From: a virus
Lineage: Duplodnaviria; Caudoviricetes
Direction: 5' to 3' (one strand)
DNA: 32,681 bases
IMG/VR virus record: IMGVR_UViG_3300017540_000013
Location: 1-32,681 of that record
Of this stretch, positions 8,918 through 18,707 are shown piece by piece. The notes under the pieces are model-generated. The model made no database searches, had not been told where the DNA came from, and saw only the letters and a program-made list of their open reading frames with translations. A program made the translations under genes and the position numbers. The first letter of the stretch is position 1. Each line of letters opens with the position of its first letter.

Positions 8918-11327
8918 CCGGAGCCTCCTGCGCGACGGTGTTAGGCGTATATGCGCCGGCCATCGGAGAGATGCTCCAATTCCTTCCGTCGAAACTGACA
9001 TACATGGCGCCAGGCGCAGAGCTTCCACCGGTTGGCGCTATGAACACGACCCCATTCCAATAGATTTGATTGCACGAATGGGAGAATGTCGTAGGAAGAA
9101 GCTCCCATCCATCGCCGTCGTTCACGCAAATCTGCCTTGCGCTGGTAACCATGATCTTAATTGAGTCATTGGCGCCGAACGCAACTACGTGCCCAGCGCT
9201 AAGCACAGGCAACGTCTCCGTAGTCAAAATTCCGCCGGTCGTGTACTTCTTGAGCGCAGGATTTCCCCCAATCTGAGCGCCCAAGTAGAAGTCAACCCCA
9301 TCAGAGCCAATGATTCCACCGGTCGTGAAATCCATGCCGTGAGGGGTGGATGGGCCAAATGTTACGCCGGCATCGTTCGAATGATATACGCCGGGTCCAC
9401 TCTGTCCTCCGGAGAGTGCGCATACAACCGGAGAGTTGTACTTGAGGTTAGCGACCCTTCCGGCCATGTGAGATGTGGTGCTGAACGTCTCGCCACGGTC
9501 AACTGATACCTTCATCCCATCGACGTATGCGCCAAGCAACAACCTCCCTCCCGCATAGCACATGCCGACACCTTGTAAGACATTGGAGGCGGTATTCGTC
9601 CAGGTGTGGCCTCCGTCATCGGAATACCTTGCAGGCGTGTTGGATCCACTCCCGTTGCCGAAATATCGGCCACCCTCAATACCGAGCAACCAAAACTTGT
9701 TTGCCGGGTCTGAATTGATGGGCGCCGAATCCCAATCGACGCCGTCAGCGCTCGGGATGATGAATGCATTTGAGACGCCAAGATTCGCAGAGAGAATCAT
9801 GGGCAGAACGATGCCTATCTGGTCGCCCAGGTCATCGAATAGGCCATTTTCATCCGTTGCCCGCACGACAAAGGAGAACGAGCCGCTTTCGGTTGGCGTT
9901 CCGGACAACACGCCCGTTTGCGACAGCGTTACGCCGGGCGGGAGCGTTCCTGACCGCAACGTCACGCGCTTGGCGCCCGTCCCGCCGGTAACCGTGTAGC
10001 TGAAGCTGTACGCTTGCCCGATGCTGCCGCCAGGCGCGTCGCCCGTAATGGAGGGGCCTTCTGGCTGATCCGGGAACTCCACCGGCACGGTGATTTCACC
10101 ACCAACCCTACAAACCAGCGCGCAACCATCGACACGGAGGCGATTCTCGTTGGCGTTCAGATAGCCAGAGCCTGACCGGCGCACATACTCCAGCGGTTGT
10201 CCTTCGGAATCCTGTCCGTCCAGTGCGTACTTCCAATCCAGCTCGTAGAGACGTCCGGCTTGGTAGTCGCCGCCCACCCACTTCCCGTTCCAGTACACAA
10301 GGTCGGACAGCCGCCAGCGGTCCATACCCTTGGTCATGCGGCGGTGCCAGCGCTGGGACAGCACATCAAATCCGAAGGTAAATCGACCCGGAACAGTCAG
10401 GTAGTACACCTTGTGTCCCCGGTCTTCCCAAACGAACGCAAATGCCGACGCAATCTGGTCCGCCGAACACTCTGCCAGCGCCTGCTCAATAGGCTGCGTG
10501 GAGATGCGGACAGGGGTATACCCGTCCAGTCGGCGAACGATTCGTTTGTCGTCCAAGAACAGCACCGAGTTGTCCAGGCTGGCAACGGAGAACCTTGCCG
10601 CACACCCGCATTCGACTACCGTGTTGTTTGCCCGCTGAAATGGGGCCGTGCCGTCGCCGCTTGGGTCGTTGACGTATGGCTCTATGGTCTCGCGCCCGAA
10701 AATCAGAACCTCGCGGTGGCTCACGTGCAGCGAGATGATGCGATCCGGCTGGCCTTCCGCCTCGTACCGGTCCAGCGAGTTGTAGCTGAGAGCATCGGCG
10801 AGGTCAGAATGGAACCAGTACCGCCCCTGGGGCTCGACCTGGGCGATGTAGCTGTCGATGTACGCTGCGACGAACGCCCCCGGGTAGGCTTCATCCGTGA
10901 TTTTCTGGAGGATGAGCGTGTTCGTGTTGAACACGTACCCAGCTGCACCTGTCGCGATAAGTAGCTCGTTCCCAAGCCCGCGCTGGTTGTGGGCCATCGA
11001 AACTCGCCCAACGCCAGGAATGGTTCCATAGGGAACGGCCACCAGGTTGCTGGTGATTTGGTAGAGCGTCGTGCCGGCGACGACGAATAGCTTGCCCTCG
11101 ACCTCCCGCATTCCCCGAATCGGGCCAGCCTCTACGTCGGGCGAACCGTGCTCGGCGATGATTTTTACGAGGGGCTTGAGTCCCGGAGCCTGCCTGAGCT
11201 GCCATCGGCTTCGCGTGCCCGGGCGCTCTGCCGGAACCGGCAGGTAGTTGACGCAGTGTTGGGCAGACCAATGTCGATTGTCATCAGCGTACTCGTCGCT
11301 GATGATGTCAATGGGCTGCCACCTCAT
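8910..11327 (-). CDS. gp10-like packaged-DNA stabilisation/tail hub protein fused to Ig-like and Asp-box beta-propeller domains
   Basis: N-terminal ~415 aa gp10-like (PIRGM, IPGVGRVSMA, AEGQPDRI, GCAARFSV, GHKVYYLT); then GTLPPGVTL..GVLSGTPT Ig motif; then SxDxGxT(W/F) repeats. Confidence 0.85.
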   Translation of the reverse strand: MRWQPIDIISDEYADDNRHWSAQHCVNYLPVPAERPGTRSRWQLRQAPGLKPLVKIIAEHGSPDVEAGPIRGMREVEGKLFVVAGTTLYQITSNLVAVPYGTIPGVGRVSMAHNQRGLGNELLIATGAAGYVFNTNTLILQKITDEAYPGAFVAAYIDSYIAQVEPQGRYWFHSDLADALSYNSLDRYEAEGQPDRIISLHVSHREVLIFGRETIEPYVNDPSGDGTAPFQRANNTVVECGCAARFSVASLDNSVLFLDDKRIVRRLDGYTPVRISTQPIEQALAECSADQIASAFAFVWEDRGHKVYYLTVPGRFTFGFDVLSQRWHRRMTKGMDRWRLSDLVYWNGKWVGGDYQAGRLYELDWKYALDGQDSEGQPLEYVRRSGSGYLNANENRLRVDGCALVCRVGGEITVPVEFPDQPEGPSITGDAPGGSIGQAYSFSYTVTGGTGAKRVTLRSGTLPPGVTLSQTGVLSGTPTESGSFSFVVRATDENGLFDDLGDQIGIVLPMILSANLGVSNAFIIPSADGVDWDSAPINSDPANKFWLLGIEGGRYFGNGSGSNTPARYSDDGGHTWTNTASNVLQGVGMCYAGGRLLLGAYVDGMKVSVDRGETFSTTSHMAGRVANLKYNSPVVCALSGGQSGPGVYHSNDAGVTFGPSTPHGMDFTTGGIIGSDGVDFYLGAQIGGNPALKKYTTGGILTTETLPVLSAGHVVAFGANDSIKIMVTSARQICVNDGDGWELLPTTFSHSCNQIYWNGVVFIAPTGGSSAPGAMYVSFDGRNWSISPMAGAYTPNTVAQEAPDE

Positions 11328-11959
11328 CAGCGGGACACCTGGCGAAGGCGTGAGCCGGCGTATACCCGGTTGCGTTCTTGGGTATTAGCCTGCCGCAGAA
11401 GAGAGCGATAGAAGTTCTGCCATACAGGAATGCGCGAGTCTTCGCCCAGGAACGGCCCAGAGCCGTACAGGGCCGCATACAGGTATAGCTCGGGATAGCG
11501 GTTGAAGGTGGCGTGCAAGCCGTCCTTCAGGGCGAGAGGCTTGGCGTAGTAGCGCCCTTCTAGCAACTCACCGTCCTGCGCTTGGGGCGAGAAGATGATG
11601 CTATCGCCGGCCTGTGCGCACTTGCGCACGTCGCCAGCGGACATGTATTTCAGGCGCGACCGCAAGTCCTGCTCGGATACCACTTCCAGCGGGCGCTGCG
11701 GGTCAAACCACAGGATGGATGCCTCCATCCAATTTTCCGGAATCGCTGCTGCGTTGGAGGCCACGGCAATCGAAATTGCCTGCTCCATGCTGGAGGCGCG
11801 CAGCGGCGGAATGTCGCCCTCCGCGCCGTAGTGGACCAGTGCTTCTCCCAGCGAAATCATGACATCCAGCGTTTCAGGCTGGATTTGACTGGGCACATCG
11901 TCGCCATCCAGCATCAGCTGGAATGCGGTGCGGAATTCGTCGTAGGAAGCGAACGCCAT
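11327..11959 (-). CDS. Head-to-tail adaptor protein
   Basis: YPELYLYAAL..PFLGEDSRIPVW motif typical of podophage adaptors; position before gp10. Confidence 0.75.
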   Translation of the reverse strand: MAFASYDEFRTAFQLMLDGDDVPSQIQPETLDVMISLGEALVHYGAEGDIPPLRASSMEQAISIAVASNAAAIPENWMEASILWFDPQRPLEVVSEQDLRSRLKYMSAGDVRKCAQAGDSIIFSPQAQDGELLEGRYYAKPLALKDGLHATFNRYPELYLYAALYGSGPFLGEDSRIPVWQNFYRSLLRQANTQERNRVYAGSRLRQVSR

Positions 11960-12243
11960 TAGATGCGCCCCTTCCAGATGCGGAACACGTCGTTCGCAGG
12001 GTCGTCCAGGAAGCGGTTAATCAGCTTCTGGTCGTTGAAAAACTGGGCCCAGGTGTAGCCCCGCTTGTTGCACCAGTCCATGATGACCGTGCCATCTACG
12101 CGGGCAGCGTGCTTCCAGTCGCTGGACTGCTTCGTCTCGCCCGCCTCCCGGCAGTACGTCGCAATCGTGTCCAGGTCTTGACCGGAAACGCCGTGGACGA
12201 ACGCCAGGTCATCCTGACCCACGTCCTGAATCCATCCCCGCAT
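11959..12243 (-). CDS. Conserved phage hypothetical protein
   Basis: WKHAARV..FLDDPAN..FRIWKGRI; RBS GGGAGA; between capsid and adaptor. Confidence 0.8.
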   Translation of the reverse strand: MRGWIQDVGQDDLAFVHGVSGQDLDTIATYCREAGETKQSSDWKHAARVDGTVIMDWCNKRGYTWAQFFNDQKLINRFLDDPANDVFRIWKGRI

Positions 12244-12254
12244 GTGGTTCTCCC

Positions 12255-12286
12255 AAAGAAAAGGGGCCGAGATTGCTCCCGGCCCC
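12255..12286 (-). terminator. Terminator after the capsid gene
   Basis: Minus strand GGGGCCGGGA-GCAA-TCTCGGCCCC followed by TTTTCTTT. Confidence 0.85.
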
Positions 12287-12306
12287 TGAAGGTCTTGCAG
12301 TACCGC

Positions 12307-13275
12307 TTAGGCGCCGGAGTCGGTCGCGTCGCGGATGGCGTACAGCGGCTTCTCGTCACGCACGACCAGCGAGGTTTCCGTGCGGACCTGCCAGTTCTTG
12401 GCATCGCCCACGGTCGCCAGTTGCTCGCTCTCGAAGCCACGCAGCACACCCAAGGCCAGCTTGTCGGCGTCGATGATGTACAGCGTGTTCTTCAGGCCAG
12501 CCGTGGAGCCCGCCATCACGCGGTTCGGGATGACCTTGGTTACGCCGAAGTCGCCACGGTAGAAGTCGAACGCCGCGTTGAGGACGGCCGCCTGACGGCC
12601 ACCCACCTCGTTAGTGCGCTGCACACCGCCCGTGAATCCGGAGATGCGGACCTTGTGGGCCGGAGAGCAGAGGACGATGGAGCCATCGCCGCCATTCTCG
12701 TAGCACGTTTGCAGGCCGGTCTTCAGGTCATCCTCGTCAAACGCCTCAAGGGTTCCGGCCACCGGAGCGGTATTGGTCACCGGGTTCGGCGAAACACCGC
12801 CAGCGCCCAGTCGGTCGTTGGTGATGAAGCCATACAGACCGCGCTGCTTACCCGCCACGGCGGAGGTGCCAGTGACGGTCGCGCCCGAGGCCAGGCATGC
12901 AGCCTCCTGGTCGCGCTTCAGCTCGACCATCTTCTTCATGCGCAGGCGCCGGGACTCGTTGTCGCGACCATACTTGCGGACGCGCTCAGCGGTGTTGGAC
13001 ACCGACACCGTATCCTCGAAAATCTGGGTGCGGTTGTTGAGCAGAGTCGGCTCGACCTGGGCCGCATAGGTGGCGTCAGCGCCTTCAATCGCGCCTCGGG
13101 TCTGGTCCGGGGTGCGGTAGGTGTCACGCTGCCACTCGAAGTACACATTGTCGATGGTGGTCCGCTCAATCATCGAGACCAGCGGGGCATCGGACGGGTT
13201 GAAGTTGTAAATCTGGTCGATGACGTCTTCTTTGACCTTCACGACCGCAGGGGTAATCAGGGTATTGGTAGGCAT
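12307..13275 (-). CDS. Major capsid protein (SU10/DUF5309-like)
   Basis: EDVIDQI..P..FEWQRD..EGAD..NRTQIF..ELKRDQE motifs; follows the scaffold gene. Confidence 0.9.
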   Translation of the reverse strand: MPTNTLITPAVVKVKEDVIDQIYNFNPSDAPLVSMIERTTIDNVYFEWQRDTYRTPDQTRGAIEGADATYAAQVEPTLLNNRTQIFEDTVSVSNTAERVRKYGRDNESRRLRMKKMVELKRDQEAACLASGATVTGTSAVAGKQRGLYGFITNDRLGAGGVSPNPVTNTAPVAGTLEAFDEDDLKTGLQTCYENGGDGSIVLCSPAHKVRISGFTGGVQRTNEVGGRQAAVLNAAFDFYRGDFGVTKVIPNRVMAGSTAGLKNTLYIIDADKLALGVLRGFESEQLATVGDAKNWQVRTETSLVVRDEKPLYAIRDATDSGA

Positions 13276-13285
13276 CTCTAATCCT

Positions 13286-14218
13286 TTAGAGGAGGTCGGC
13301 CAGCGTGCTGATGGACGGAGCGGCCTTATGCCGCTTCATCGCTTCCTGTCGGCGGGCCAACTGTGCGGGTTGGTTTCGCGCTTGCGGCGCCGCGACCTTG
13401 GGCAGGTTCTTGACGGGCTTCATCTGCGCCCGCTTCTCTACCAACTGGTCGTAGGCCAGCGCCTTGTGGGCCATCTCAAACAGCCCCTTCTCTGCGATGC
13501 CAATTCCGAGGTTCTCGAAATTGAGGCCTTGCTTGCCCAAGTAGTCGAATAGCTCCTGAGCCTTGGCATCGCTCCAGCCCGGCAGGGTGTCCTTCAGTGC
13601 CTGTTCGGTGGATTGGACCTTCTGGGCGAACTCCGCTTGCCGTTGCCGGTGCGCGTCCTGTTCCAGGGATTCCAACTCCGCCCTGACCTGATGCAACTTG
13701 TCCTTTCGGCGGTCGTGCAGCTCTTTCTGGGCGAGGTATTGCGCCGCATCTTGCTGAGCTAGCGTGATGGGCGGCGGAGCGCCAAGCTCGGCCTCAATGA
13801 TGCGGCCTAGCGCCTCCAGGTTTGCTTTGTACTGGCCGTGCAGCGCTTCATACGCCTTACGCTGTTCGGCCACCTCTCCACGGCTAGCATCCAGAGCCTT
13901 GCGCTCTTCGGCCAACTTCATGGTTTTCTGGGTGTAGTCGAAGCCCTGCTGAGCCAGGTCAACGACCTCGGATTGCTTCAGGGTGACCTCCTTGCCGTCA
14001 TGCTTCAGCGTGACGGTGGGCTCCTCCTGCCCCTCCTCGGCCTCTTCCTGCTCTTCGGACCCTTCTTCACCTTCGGACTCGACGGATTCCTCGCCCTCAT
14101 CCGTCGCCTCCTGCGCCTCCTCGCCTTCCTCGCCGCCATCCATGAGACTGACGAGCCCGTCCAGCGTAGAAACGCCTTCGGACGGCTGGCCCTCGGGGCC
14201 GTCACCTTCCATTCGCAT
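13286..14218 (-). CDS. Capsid scaffolding protein
   Basis: Acidic N-terminus, DGKEVTL..GFDYTQKTMKLAEERK motif, coiled coil. Confidence 0.85.
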   Translation of the reverse strand: MRMEGDGPEGQPSEGVSTLDGLVSLMDGGEEGEEAQEATDEGEESVESEGEEGSEEQEEAEEGQEEPTVTLKHDGKEVTLKQSEVVDLAQQGFDYTQKTMKLAEERKALDASRGEVAEQRKAYEALHGQYKANLEALGRIIEAELGAPPPITLAQQDAAQYLAQKELHDRRKDKLHQVRAELESLEQDAHRQRQAEFAQKVQSTEQALKDTLPGWSDAKAQELFDYLGKQGLNFENLGIGIAEKGLFEMAHKALAYDQLVEKRAQMKPVKNLPKVAAPQARNQPAQLARRQEAMKRHKAAPSISTLADLL

Positions 14219-14276
14219 AGTCACTTCCTTGTGTTACTGACCCGCTCCAGTGCGGGTAGATCCCCGTGGGGATGGG

Positions 14277-14603
14277 TTACAGCGGCACTCGTTCGCCGCT
14301 GCTCAGGAGAGCCCCAGGCTCTCCCTTGATGATTCGTGCATTGCCGAACTGGCCGCCCCATAGCTCGGCATTGGGCTCGGGCCAGTACACCGCGCATATG
14401 GGATTCCCCTCGCGCTCTATGGCTGCCAGGAGCCGCGTTGCCTCAATCCAAGTCGTTCGGACAACCTGCGCTTGCGCTCCAGCTCCTTTGCCGCTATCTG
14501 GCCGCTGCGCATGGTCGATTCCATCAGGTTTCGCACCTTGCCCAGCAGCTTCTGTAGCTTGTGAAGCTCCTCGCGCTCCTCTGCGTCGGCCGACTCTTGC
14601 CAT
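14277..14603 (-). CDS. Hypothetical protein overlapping the upstream gene
   Basis: Only sizeable ORF covering 14277-14416; 187-nt same-strand overlap makes the start uncertain. Confidence 0.45.
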   Translation of the reverse strand: MARVGRRRGARGASQATEAAGQGAKPDGIDHAQRPDSGKGAGAQAQVVRTTWIEATRLLAAIEREGNPICAVYWPEPNAELWGGQFGNARIIKGEPGALLSSGERVPL

Positions 14604-14710
14604 TTCTTCAAGATTCCTTTCTCGATGAGGCTGTAGGCCTCGCAGTAGATTGGGTTCTGGAGCACCGTTTCAGCCTGCTGGCCCCGCTCGACGTCATGGG
14701 TCACGCTCAT
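14417..14710 (-). CDS. Small helical protein downstream of portal
   Basis: ATGA overlap with portal; GQQAE.VL.NP..W..S..EEREEL pattern. Confidence 0.8.
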   Translation of the reverse strand: MSVTHDVERGQQAETVLQNPIYCEAYSLIEKGILKKWQESADAEEREELHKLQKLLGKVRNLMESTMRSGQIAAKELERKRRLSERLGLRQRGSWQP

Positions 14711-16845
14711 GCAGCCTCCTGCGGCTGGAGAATCTGAAGAATCTGCTGCACCGCGCCCGCCAGCTGGTCCACCCGTTGCGACAGCTCGGCAACTTCCTGG
14801 TCGTCAGCATCAGCCCTCTCCATCGTCTGGATGGCCTGGGCGTTTTTGATGTGGGCTTCTCGCTCGGATTGGCTTACCTGCTGCCGTTTCAGCTGAAGGT
14901 CCGCGACCCCCTGAGCGACTTTCATGTCCAGTTCCCGCCCCTTCAGCTCCAACTCGCCGGCCTTGATGAAGTTCTCGGCCTGCTTATTGGTCTGGTCGGC
15001 CTTCAGCTGCTCGTTTTCCTGCGCAAGCCGCTGAAGCTCCTGCTGCATCTGCCCAATCTGCTCTTGGACCTGCGCCTGCATCTGCTGGAACTGGGTTGGG
15101 CTGGTCGGCATGCCGCTCGGCTCAGGGTCAACAAACCGCTCCGGATTCTTGAACTCATTGGCCTCCACATACAAGCGGGCCGTTTCAGCCATCTGTTGCG
15201 GGCGGACAAGGCCAAGGGGCTGCAACTGCATCTGCATCTGGAACAATCCCAGGATGCGAGCCGCCTGCTGCTCCTTGGAACCCGAGCCCAAGCCCACGTT
15301 GATTTTCACGTGGAACTGATTGCGGAATTCGCTGGGGTTGATGGGCACGAACTGGCCGTTGATGGCGACCATCTCAGGCACGTTCTGGTACTGAATCGCC
15401 AACTTCAGCATCTTGGCGAACAGCTGGCGCATGCCCACGGCGAAGAAGCGCGCCATCAGCTCCATGCGCATGTCCGCCTTAGCGGTCAGCAGCTCGGTGC
15501 CCCGCGCCGTCTTGTTGAGGGCGTTCTGGTCGGTGCCTGCGCTGTAGCGATTGAAGCCCGTCCGGTTCTCGGCCCAACTGGCGATGTACTCGTTGAACTG
15601 GTAGGCCGGAGCGCCGAGGGAGGGTTGCACGATGGGGGCAATTGCCCTGCTCGGCTCAGCAGTGCCGCGCACCACCCCGCCCGGACGATTGTCCAGCACG
15701 TCGTCAATATTCACGTCAGCGCCAGTGTTGACATACGTGCGCTGATTTACCGTCAGCAGCATGTTGTCTTCGATGGCGCGAATCGTCCGGGTCCGCAGCT
15801 TCTGGGGCTGGATGGCCCGGTCAGCCGGACAGTCGCCAAAGAAGGCATGCGAGCGAGGAATCGGGCAAATCCACACGAACGGATGGTCGTCCACCTGCTC
15901 GATGGCGACCTCACCGTTCTGGTAGACGGCCAGCTTGTCGCCGATGAGGCAAATTTTCAGCCACTCCGCAATGCCATCGCCGTCCCGGTCCAGCTTGATG
16001 TAGACCTCGGCGTAGTCCACTTCCTCGTGGGACTCGTCGGGCACGGAGTAGCTGAAGTCGTCCGTCTCGCCCAGCTCCTCCAGCATGGCGGTGCCAGGAA
16101 CGGCACGAGTGCTTGTACCGACGTCCGTCAGGTCATAGCCCTCTTCCTCCAGCACAAACCGCTGGCGAGAGAACTGCTGGGCAATCATGGCCGGCTCATC
16201 GCCCCAGCGTGCATTCACGTCCACGCGCATCTCGGCCGGGGCGCAGGCGGCCACCTTGATGCAGACCCGCTTGTCCTCCTTGGAGACGGTGAAGGACAGC
16301 GTGCCATCCTCGTCCACCTCCGGGTCGCCCTGCGGGACCCAGCCCTCCTCCATCAGCATTGCGAGCTGTTCGGGGGTCTGGCCCTGGTAGCGCTGCTTGG
16401 CGTCCTGCGCCTCCTCGTCAGCCCATACCTTGACGAACCCCACCTTCTGAAGGAGCGCGTCCTTGAACCAATCGTGGACGATGCCAACGCCGTCGTTACG
16501 CACGTAGAACAGGTGGTTCACGTAAGCGGTGGCGAGTTTCCCCTCTTCCTGGCTGCCCGGCTGCCCCTGACCCTCAAACGTCACCGCGTCATCCGACCCG
16601 ACGAAGATGCGCATCAGCTGCGGCAGCATCCCGTCCACGGTGTCGGGAACGTCCGTGGCTACGAAATCGGAGCGGTCCTCAATCTCAGGGGGCGCCAGCT
16701 CGCCCCGCGCCTCGGCGTTGTAGAACTCCAAGTTGCGCTCACGCGCCCAATAGACGTCGCTGTCGGGGGCGCCAAGGCTCGTGGCGAGGGCTTGCCGCGC
16801 CGCTGCCTCGATGTCCTCGTCCGTGAGCTTCTTGCCCTTTGCCAT
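14707..16845 (-). CDS. Portal protein (P22-like, long C-terminal coiled coil)
   Basis: 712 aa after terL; DALLQKVGFVKVW, PHPF-like HPFVW, NKTARG motifs; Q-rich barrel tail. Confidence 0.92.
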   Translation of the reverse strand: MAKGKKLTDEDIEAAARQALATSLGAPDSDVYWARERNLEFYNAEARGELAPPEIEDRSDFVATDVPDTVDGMLPQLMRIFVGSDDAVTFEGQGQPGSQEEGKLATAYVNHLFYVRNDGVGIVHDWFKDALLQKVGFVKVWADEEAQDAKQRYQGQTPEQLAMLMEEGWVPQGDPEVDEDGTLSFTVSKEDKRVCIKVAACAPAEMRVDVNARWGDEPAMIAQQFSRQRFVLEEEGYDLTDVGTSTRAVPGTAMLEELGETDDFSYSVPDESHEEVDYAEVYIKLDRDGDGIAEWLKICLIGDKLAVYQNGEVAIEQVDDHPFVWICPIPRSHAFFGDCPADRAIQPQKLRTRTIRAIEDNMLLTVNQRTYVNTGADVNIDDVLDNRPGGVVRGTAEPSRAIAPIVQPSLGAPAYQFNEYIASWAENRTGFNRYSAGTDQNALNKTARGTELLTAKADMRMELMARFFAVGMRQLFAKMLKLAIQYQNVPEMVAINGQFVPINPSEFRNQFHVKINVGLGSGSKEQQAARILGLFQMQMQLQPLGLVRPQQMAETARLYVEANEFKNPERFVDPEPSGMPTSPTQFQQMQAQVQEQIGQMQQELQRLAQENEQLKADQTNKQAENFIKAGELELKGRELDMKVAQGVADLQLKRQQVSQSEREAHIKNAQAIQTMERADADDQEVAELSQRVDQLAGAVQQILQILQPQEAA

Positions 16846-16847
16846 CC

Positions 16848-18146
16848 CTAGCGAATCCTTCTGTAGTTCAGTGGCGCGTGGTTGTTGTTGGTGGGTTGGC
16901 GCAGGTAATCCACCGCCATCAGACCGAAGGCGTCCGCGCCGTGACTTGACCAGTCATGGTCGGGACCAAGGTCAATCCCGCGCTTCTCGTCTTTCTTGGC
17001 GTGGTACCAGCCCAAGGCATCCCGCCCCGGCTCGGTAGTCGTCTCGTTGAACCAGATGCTCGGGAACAACCGGCGCACCGCTTCAATGCGCTGGCTTGCC
17101 GCTCCAGCGCCCATGTTCGGGACGACGCGAGTCTCAAACCCCGCTGACTTCAGGGCGCTTTCGTAGCTGACCTGGTAGACCTTGTCGTTCGTTGCGCCGT
17201 CATGCGGCAGCACGCACAGCGCCTTGCCGTAGCCATTCGACCGTAGCCATTCGATGTGGCTGGCGAGGGGCTGACCTACCTGCTCGTAGTAATCCAGTAC
17301 CCGGACTTCCTTGCCGATAAACTGGACAATCCAGATAGCGCAGGCGTCGGCCTTTGCCCCTGTGCCGCCGATGTCCCAATAGGCCCGCAAGGTCATCAAC
17401 GGGTCAGCGGAGACGCGTCCTATGCGCCCATCCGCCCTTGCCTGCGCCAGTCCCTGGGCGAAGTACGCGCCCTCGGCCACGGTGATGTAGCCGCCCTCCC
17501 AGATGTGGTCGTACTGGTCAGGCTGCATCCGCAAGCAGTCCAGTCGTTCCTGCTCCAGCTCGGCGGTGAACCAGGGGTTGTCCCGCCAGTTCGCCTTGAC
17601 CACCTGAGCGCCCGTGGGCAACTCGGCGCCCCGGAGCATCACGTCAACCGGGTCCGTCTTGCGGCGAGCGTTCCAGCTGAACCACAGCTCGGAGCCGGAC
17701 GCACGAATGGTCGGCCTGAGCAAGTTCAGCGAATGGTTGGTGGCCGTCTGGGCCTCCTCCCACCACGCCCGCTTGTAGCCCTCCAACGACTTCACCGACT
17801 CGGCGGTGTAGTCCTGCATTCCCTTGAAGATGATGAGGCCGTCGCGGGGCGTCTCGATGACCTCCCGGAACACCTTGAATCCCTGCGACTCACCGATGCC
17901 GAAGTCGCGTAGCTTGGCCTCAATCAAGGCCTTACTGGATTGCGCCAAGTCCTTCTGCACCTCGCGAATGCAGATGGCCTTCATGCCCTCGCCAGACTCG
18001 CCAGGTTCAGCGAGGCAGTCCTCAATCAGTTTGCCGGCGAAGAAGTGCGACTTGCCGGACCCTCGACCGCCCCATGCCCCTTTGTAGCGCCCCGGAGCCA
18101 GCAGCGGTTCAAAGACCTCAGCTGTCGGGATTACCAGGGCGGACAA
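16848..18146 (-). CDS. terL: Terminase large subunit (PBSX-type)
   Basis: Walker A GGRGSGKS, Walker B WWEEAQ, nuclease YWDIG and HDWSSHGADAF. Confidence 0.96.
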   Translation of the reverse strand: MSALVIPTAEVFEPLLAPGRYKGAWGGRGSGKSHFFAGKLIEDCLAEPGESGEGMKAICIREVQKDLAQSSKALIEAKLRDFGIGESQGFKVFREVIETPRDGLIIFKGMQDYTAESVKSLEGYKRAWWEEAQTATNHSLNLLRPTIRASGSELWFSWNARRKTDPVDVMLRGAELPTGAQVVKANWRDNPWFTAELEQERLDCLRMQPDQYDHIWEGGYITVAEGAYFAQGLAQARADGRIGRVSADPLMTLRAYWDIGGTGAKADACAIWIVQFIGKEVRVLDYYEQVGQPLASHIEWLRSNGYGKALCVLPHDGATNDKVYQVSYESALKSAGFETRVVPNMGAGAASQRIEAVRRLFPSIWFNETTTEPGRDALGWYHAKKDEKRGIDLGPDHDWSSHGADAFGLMAVDYLRQPTNNNHAPLNYRRIR

Positions 18147-18393
18147 TGCGTCGCTCGACTATCGTGTAGTGCAGCGGGTTCGCGGGGTCGCCCTGCACCG
18201 TCATGGGCAGGACTTTCCCAACCAGCGTCAGGAATGCAGTTGGGTTCTTCTCCGACTGCTCGACCAAGTAGCCAACGCCGCCAGCCGAATCCAGGGCGGT
18301 CAGGATCATCTCCTTCAGCTGCCCCGTCATCTTGTTGGGCGTGCCCTTCTTTCGGCCACCCGTCTTTGGGGTGCCGGGCTTGCGACCGGCCAT
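18118..18393 (-). CDS. terS: Terminase small subunit
   Basis: KTGGRKKGTPNK N-terminus, AFLTLVGKVLP; directly upstream of terL. Confidence 0.8.
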   Translation of the reverse strand: MAGRKPGTPKTGGRKKGTPNKMTGQLKEMILTALDSAGGVGYLVEQSEKNPTAFLTLVGKVLPMTVQGDPANPLHYTIVERRIVRPGNPDS

Positions 18394-18417
18394 TTCCAGA
18401 CCTTCCTAGTTCAGAAA

Positions 18418-18612
18418 TCAGGTGCCTTCCAGCACCCAGCTGTACACGCCAGACGCAACGCGCAGGGTGTAGTCGCCGTTCGCGGTCGGCAGGGTCGGAA
18501 TGCCGGCGGCTGGGAGGGCTGCGCCGCTCTCGGTTACGAGGACGACTTCTGCCGTGGGTTCTTTGTCGGTGCTTCCTGCAATGACTCGCAGGACTTGGCT
18601 GGGGTTTGCCAC
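18418..18612 (-). CDS. Hypothetical protein (64 aa)
   Basis: RBS AAGGAG, GTG start; LPTANGDYTLRV..YSW. Confidence 0.6.
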   Translation of the reverse strand: MANPSQVLRVIAGSTDKEPTAEVVLVTESGAALPAAGIPTLPTANGDYTLRVASGVYSWVLEGT

Positions 18613-18707
18613 TTGCCTTCTCCTTGGCTAAAGATGCGGTCCCAGTTGGAACCGTAGGTTTCGTCGTCCACTGACTTTGGGCGGGGCTTGTCGCCTTTGC
18701 CACTCAT
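18534..18707 (-). CDS. Small phage protein MSGKGDKPRP..NWDRIF (not in ORF track)
   Basis: ATGA overlap with the Rz stop; hand translation gives 57 aa. Confidence 0.55.
   Translation of the reverse strand: MSGKGDKPRPKSVDDETYGSNWDRIFSQGEGKWQTPAKSCESLQEAPTKNPRQKSSS

Noticed and set aside
1621-11327. Diversity-generating retroelement or invertible tail cassette
   Set aside because: No reverse transcriptase, template/variable repeat pair, invertase or flanking inverted repeats seen
11923-13281. 452-aa + strand ORF
   Set aside because: Antisense shadow of the capsid gene
14650-16851. 733-aa + strand ORF
   Set aside because: Antisense shadow of the portal gene caused by GC-rich codon bias; no motifs
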